20,000 nucleotides of DNA, taken from an uncultured virus (IMG/VR IMGVR_UViG_3300033153_007854). Its lineage: Duplodnaviria > Heunggongvirae > Uroviricota > Caudoviricetes. The notes under the pieces are model-generated. The model was not told the DNA's origin. It worked only from the letters and a program-made list of their open reading frames with translations, and ran no database searches. Position 1 is the stretch's first letter. Each line of letters begins with the position of its first letter. Below are positions 15,809 through 20,000 of this stretch, piece by piece. The position numbers were made by a program, and so were the translations under genes. The stretch lies in IMG/VR virus record IMGVR_UViG_3300033153_007854; one strand, 5' to 3'.

Positions 15809-15844
15809 CCTCTATAGACGGTATAGAGGATGAGCTATATAAAA
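15809..15844 (-). promoter_or_regulatory. TATA box plus palindromic operator candidate
   Basis: TTTTATATA at 15844-15836. CCTCTATA-N5-TATAGAGG at 15809-15829 covers the expected transcription start. Confidence 0.6.
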
Positions 15845-15892
15845 CTAATTAGATAGAAAAGAATAATTAAATTGAGAGAGTTGTTCGTTCTC

Positions 15893-16036
15893 TTAATACT
15901 CACGGCAGACCGCCACACGCCTTACCTTCTTTCCTGTGGTCGGACTTGGATAGCATCTCTTCTTCTTACCCTTGCCGCCTGGTCTGTTGCATACAGGTCG
16001 CAACTTTGCACCCATTCTCTTGCATTTCTTTGCCAT
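15893..16036 (-). CDS. 47-aa basic, four-Cys protein (not in ORF track)
   Basis: Hand translation: MAKKCKRMGAKLRPVCNRPGGKGKKKRCYPSPTTGKKVRRVAVCREY, with 17 K/R and 1 acidic residue. Perfect AGGAGGTGA RBS and its own promoter. Confidence 0.8.
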   Translation of the reverse strand: MAKKCKRMGAKLRPVCNRPGGKGKKKRCYPSPTTGKKVRRVAVCREY

Positions 16037-16087
16037 TTATGTTCACCTCCTTTTAGCATATATGCAATACTGAAAATTCTTAGAAAG

Positions 16088-16107
16088 TATAAATAGGTTT
16101 GTAACCA
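16088..16107 (-). promoter_or_regulatory. Class B promoter (TGGTTACAAACCTATTTATA)
   Basis: Third copy of TGRTTACAAA-N2-TATWTATA. Confidence 0.65.
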
Positions 16108-16133
16108 CAATATTGATGTCCAGCGTTGGATAT

Positions 16134-17156
16134 TTACTCTTTGAGCTTGTTCCAGACATCCTTCCAACCCATCGGGTCTGCTGGGATGGCCTGTTTATCT
16201 ACCTTTAGGAGTTGTTTCAGATAGTTTTCCACCACGACCATGGCGTTGGTTGGCATCGGGAATAATATTTGTCCTTTTGATAAATGTTTGATTATCTTAG
16301 ATTTCGCCACTGAACTGGAATCATTCGGCGATATTTTTACTGATGTCAACTCTGCTATGAGTTCTTCAGAACTTAGGAAGTTATCCTGCTGACCACAAAA
16401 TCCCAATGCCTCGTTCAATGCATGGTATAGGTCTGGAACCTTCACACCCGTAATCAGGTGATTGTCGTTGCTAAAATCGTCTATTACATACACAGCAACT
16501 TCATCCAGACCTTTTAAACCTTTTGTCTTTGGATGTATTGAAATATTACAGTTCATGGCCCTGATTCCAATCCCTTTCCCTTCTGGATATGCCTCCAGCC
16601 CTTTCTTGTAATACGGTGGCCACATTGGTTTTATTGGTTCGGCAATCGGGATTCCAAAAAGGCAGTACGGTTTGTTATCTGGGAACGACTTTGATGTGAA
16701 ACAATATGATTTGAAAGCGTTGAAGAGTGCCTTAGTTATTTCACTCTCATTGCTGAATGATGCTGGCTTCTCTATTTGGTCATCACAACCCATAATTGCA
16801 ATCATCAAATCTGTGGATGATGAGTAGAAACCGCTTTTCGTTACGAGATTGGGTTCATTGATAGCGTCCCCGAATTCTTCCTGTTGCCACTGACCTTTTT
16901 CATCGAATGCGAACCATGAGTATGCTCCGAGCTTCCCTTGATTCTGGTTCGGGGTCACCACAAGACGGCACTTTCGGCCTTTTCCGTTATCCCACTCTAG
17001 GGCATTTACTCCGAATGGGTTTGGTGTGTCCATAATTTTCACACTGGGCTTGCAGTAATGCTTATCACCTTTTGTTGACGGGCATAGTGCATCATGCGCC
17101 TTCTTGAACATCGGATTCGGTGTAAGATTCATGAGATTCAGATAGTCAAGGTTCAT
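16134..17156 (-). CDS. Hypothetical protein (340 aa) with C-terminal WKDVW motif
   Basis: Long ORF with ATGA overlap with the upstream gene. Confidence 0.85.
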   Translation of the reverse strand: MNLDYLNLMNLTPNPMFKKAHDALCPSTKGDKHYCKPSVKIMDTPNPFGVNALEWDNGKGRKCRLVVTPNQNQGKLGAYSWFAFDEKGQWQQEEFGDAINEPNLVTKSGFYSSSTDLMIAIMGCDDQIEKPASFSNESEITKALFNAFKSYCFTSKSFPDNKPYCLFGIPIAEPIKPMWPPYYKKGLEAYPEGKGIGIRAMNCNISIHPKTKGLKGLDEVAVYVIDDFSNDNHLITGVKVPDLYHALNEALGFCGQQDNFLSSEELIAELTSVKISPNDSSSVAKSKIIKHLSKGQILFPMPTNAMVVVENYLKQLLKVDKQAIPADPMGWKDVWNKLKE

Positions 17157-18949
17157 GTCATTATCTCCTTGGCCTTGACTATCTCAATAGGATGCCAGTA
17201 TGGATGCTTCTGATTCTCAAATACGGGCTGGAAGTCGAGGTTGACCTTTGGAACCTTTGGCTTTGTTGGTTTGGGCACTGGTGCAGGAGTTGGTTTGGCG
17301 GTTGACTTGATGAAGAACTCTTCAGGAAGTATGGTCTTGGAACCTTTTTTATTCACCACCACCAATTCTTTCGGGGATACCGCCGTTACAGTCAAATCCT
17401 GATTTGCAAAATCAGATAAAAACTTTGAATATGGAATGTTCAAACCTGTGAAGCTCTTTTGGTTGGCTTCAATGGCACTGATGCCTACAACTTTTTCGCC
17501 CACGGTGAACTTTAGTTTCTTGGGAGTTGGTTTCTTATATGAGCCTTCGTATTCAATCCAGTTCGGAGAAAGATATAACTTGCCATTGTCTGTTTGTACT
17601 TCAATGCTCCCGTTGTGATGGATGCCGATGACCGTTGCCTCAGTCCCAGCTACTTCTTCCGATGATATGATATAGCCAGCCCCACTCCAATCCTGCAAAT
17701 CATCTAGGTTTTCCTTTATTTTCACGTTCTGGCCGATTGTAGGTAGTTGGATTAACCATTCCTTATCCCAGACCCATTCCGAATCGTCTTCTGAGATGTA
17801 ATATGCATCTGGTACTTTATCCCCTACTTCAATATATTTTGCGCTAATCGTAGCAACCTTGCCCACGAATTTAGACATTAAGGGTTCCCAATGAATTAGA
17901 TTTGGCCCTTTATTTATTGGACCCAACGTATTCTTTATTTCCTCCAGAGGTTTTACAAAGACTTTTGACTCGGGCTTGAACATTTCGATGCCAAGGTCTG
18001 CTGTCTTAATCTTTTTAGTCGGAATCGTATCTTTTAGAATTCCGAGCGGGAAGGTAATTTTCTGGTCTTCAAATACTCCATCGGTGAATAGATTGAACCC
18101 GAAATATTCGTCTATGCTGTCCCAGATGGCTTTGTCCGTGGGTATGAGGTGAAATTGTGGGAATGTCTTTCCATGAATGCCCGCCATATTCTTATAAACC
18201 AATCCGTCATCCTTATCAATATGTGGGCTTTTACATTTTCCATCGGCTATTATCCAGTCCCCAATATCTAGTTGTGGCTTGCCGACCTGTTTCTCTGCGA
18301 AATACTCAGGTAGCTTGAATCTGCACTTGGTCCCGTCCTTCATCTCCATGACGTAGAGATATGCTGGGCTGGACCATGTGCCCTTTTTATTAGTGACGGG
18401 TGCGATTTCGAACTTGGATATGATTTTCCCGACAGGATTAGTGAGGAATTTCCCATGGTCATCATCGGTTGCTTTCTTCCATCCAAGTCCCAGATTACAA
18501 GAAGCCATCGCAGAAGACAGGAAGGCTTTGAACGGAGATTGCTTATGGGGTTGATTGAAATTGAAATGTGATTTGTCATCAATACTTTTGGGAGAATATT
18601 TATTGAAAGAAGGATGAATCAAACGTGGTTGCCCGGACCACGGGGATTCGAGTGCAACGAACCCGTCCGTTATGCCTTTTGGACCTTCCCAGACGACGAT
18701 GTTACACTTGCTCTTGGAATCCTTGGTTTCGAGTATGAGGCGTAGTATATCTGGTTCACCCTTCTTAACCTTAATAAGCGATTCGAAATCGAAATTTGAA
18801 ATTTCGATTTGATTTGTAATACCAGTGGCTTCTAATAATGCTTTGCATAAAGAAGATGATGGCATTCCCTGTTTCTTACTGGATAGGCAGATTGAGGTAT
18901 TGTCAGCCAATTGTTCGGCCATCTCAGCCTTTACTTTTGCTGTAGGGAT
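17153..18949 (-). CDS. Hypothetical protein with three C-terminal SH3/KOW-like repeats; probable ATC start (first ATG at 18922)
   Basis: Repeats begin FKPESKVFVK, PTIGQNVKIK and FTVGEKVVG. AAGGAGGTG lies 5 nt before an in-frame ATC at 18949. Confidence 0.8.
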   Translation of the reverse strand: MPTAKVKAEMAEQLADNTSICLSSKKQGMPSSSLCKALLEATGITNQIEISNFDFESLIKVKKGEPDILRLILETKDSKSKCNIVVWEGPKGITDGFVALESPWSGQPRLIHPSFNKYSPKSIDDKSHFNFNQPHKQSPFKAFLSSAMASCNLGLGWKKATDDDHGKFLTNPVGKIISKFEIAPVTNKKGTWSSPAYLYVMEMKDGTKCRFKLPEYFAEKQVGKPQLDIGDWIIADGKCKSPHIDKDDGLVYKNMAGIHGKTFPQFHLIPTDKAIWDSIDEYFGFNLFTDGVFEDQKITFPLGILKDTIPTKKIKTADLGIEMFKPESKVFVKPLEEIKNTLGPINKGPNLIHWEPLMSKFVGKVATISAKYIEVGDKVPDAYYISEDDSEWVWDKEWLIQLPTIGQNVKIKENLDDLQDWSGAGYIISSEEVAGTEATVIGIHHNGSIEVQTDNGKLYLSPNWIEYEGSYKKPTPKKLKFTVGEKVVGISAIEANQKSFTGLNIPYSKFLSDFANQDLTVTAVSPKELVVVNKKGSKTILPEEFFIKSTAKPTPAPVPKPTKPKVPKVNLDFQPVFENQKHPYWHPIEIVKAKEIMT

Positions 18950-19030
18950 GACTACACCTCCTTCTGTGTCGTCTGGAGCGAACTCCCGGTTGGAGCATAT
19001 TCAGGTTTGGATAGCTTCTTCATCTTCAGG

Positions 19031-19375
19031 CTACTCCGTTTCTATCCATCCAAGGATGGCAGGGCCGGAGGTGTCTATCGTTATGGTCTGACCGTCTGTG
19101 AGAAGTTCGTTTGCGCCCCTTGCGTTGAACAGACAGACCTTCCCCATGCTCCTGCTGACGATGCAGGCGTGTCCGGTCTTTCTGCCCAATTCAGTGACTA
19201 TGGCTTTGGCTTTCTTCATGGCCTCCTCATATTCCGGTGTGGTGTCCATCTTGGAGAACAATATGTCGCCCTCTTGTACTTTCGCCAGGTCTTCCGGCCC
19301 TCGAATCTTCCTGACTGTCCCGGTTAACTTGCCGTTCTTTCCCTTGTTACCTACGAATGCTTTTATCTTTGGCAT
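19031..19375 (-). CDS. Stand-alone PEP-utilising enzyme mobile (phosphohistidine swivel) domain
   Basis: Start re-called at MPKIK after AGGAGG (114 aa). Motifs GDIL...TTPEY...AKAIVTELGRKTGHACIVSRSMG...DGQTITID. Confidence 0.88.
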   Translation of the reverse strand: MPKIKAFVGNKGKNGKLTGTVRKIRGPEDLAKVQEGDILFSKMDTTPEYEEAMKKAKAIVTELGRKTGHACIVSRSMGKVCLFNARGANELLTDGQTITIDTSGPAILGWIETE

Positions 19376-19389
19376 TTTCAATTCCTCCT

Positions 19390-19986
19390 TTAAAGTGATG
19401 TGAACTCCGGTGGTAGGTCTTCCATGCCCATCTCCATCTTTTCCAGATGTTTGATTTCGGCCTCGTACCTTTCTAGTGTTTGGACCTCGCCGCTGGTTAG
19501 ATGACCGCCTGTATCCTGAAGGTAGACTTCGTGTTCTTGTATTCCCTGAACCTTTTTCTTCAGGATTTCCTTTCGGTGGACTGGGCATCCAAGGTTTCTA
19601 TAAGCCCGGTCCAATCTTTGACCATAGGTACTGAATACCTTTCCTGCGGTCTTCATGTCCTGTAATTTGGCTTTCGTTTTGGATGGTAATGCTTCCGTAG
19701 CCAGGTTTCCGAAAGGTTTCAAGTTTTTATCAATCGCATCAGTCATGCCCTTGATTTCGTCAATCCTTTTACGGAGTGCTCTGCATTCCACCCTCTCATC
19801 GAAATTGACGGAAGCCATGACCTGTTCCACTGTTGGCAGTTCCTCTGGTTCGTCCCAGAGTGTATCTTTGAGCTTTGCAATCGTTTTACACTGTTGCGTT
19901 AAGTGGGATAATGAGCAGATGCCAATATCATTTACCGAACCCAGATGGAAAATCTTAAAAATGATGATGTGTATAGGTGTAATCAT
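19390..19986 (-). CDS. Hypothetical helical or coiled-coil protein, start uncertain
   Basis: 198 aa. The frame stays open to the window edge, so it may be 5'-truncated. Confidence 0.7.
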   Translation of the reverse strand: MITPIHIIIFKIFHLGSVNDIGICSLSHLTQQCKTIAKLKDTLWDEPEELPTVEQVMASVNFDERVECRALRKRIDEIKGMTDAIDKNLKPFGNLATEALPSKTKAKLQDMKTAGKVFSTYGQRLDRAYRNLGCPVHRKEILKKKVQGIQEHEVYLQDTGGHLTSGEVQTLERYEAEIKHLEKMEMGMEDLPPEFTSL

Positions 19987-20000
19987 GGCCGAGTGAAAGC

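Noticed and set aside
15922..16167. 81-aa minus-strand ORF from the track
   Set aside because: It spans a promoter and overlaps the better supported 47-aa ORF that has a perfect RBS.
630..19033. Genome-wide TAG recoding (pyrrolysine or Gln)
   Set aside because: TAG at 13937, 10328 and 630 sits right at the next gene's start or RBS, and readthrough would create long out-of-frame overlaps. No long gene is interrupted by TAG.
17153..19375. Single fused gene of the PEP domain and the SH3-repeat protein (same frame)
   Set aside because: It would need readthrough of both TAG (19031) and TGA (19001), and a strong RBS in between supports separate initiation.

Overview
The window looks like part of an archaeal virus or extrachromosomal element. 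About 30 tightly packed genes lie almost entirely on the minus strand, with archaeal TATA promoters and GGTGA/GGAGG ribosome-binding sites, and no chromosomal housekeeping operon is present. Recognisable products are a divergent PCNA clamp (motifs resemble Thermoplasmatota PCNA, from recollection), a small HNH nuclease, a DUF5654-like membrane protein, a lipoprotein, a GNAT acetyltransferase, an RHH-like regulator and a stand-alone PEP-utilising phosphohistidine domain. A 696-aa protein fuses an A32/Zot-like (FtsK-HerA superfamily) ATPase, an HTH, a PD-(D/E)XK-like nuclease and a CxxC-x17-CxxC zinc ribbon, and sits downstream of membrane-protein genes. Reading the gaps by hand adds features missing from the ORF track: a promoter-driven ~280-nt highly structured ncRNA candidate (7880-8157), two 47-aa protamine-like basic proteins, two probable ATC start codons, two recurring promoter classes, and a repeat- and hairpin-rich candidate origin next to PCNA. 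No capsid, integrase, polymerase, CRISPR array or canonical tRNA was recognised. All family assignments come from motif recognition by eye, not from database searches.
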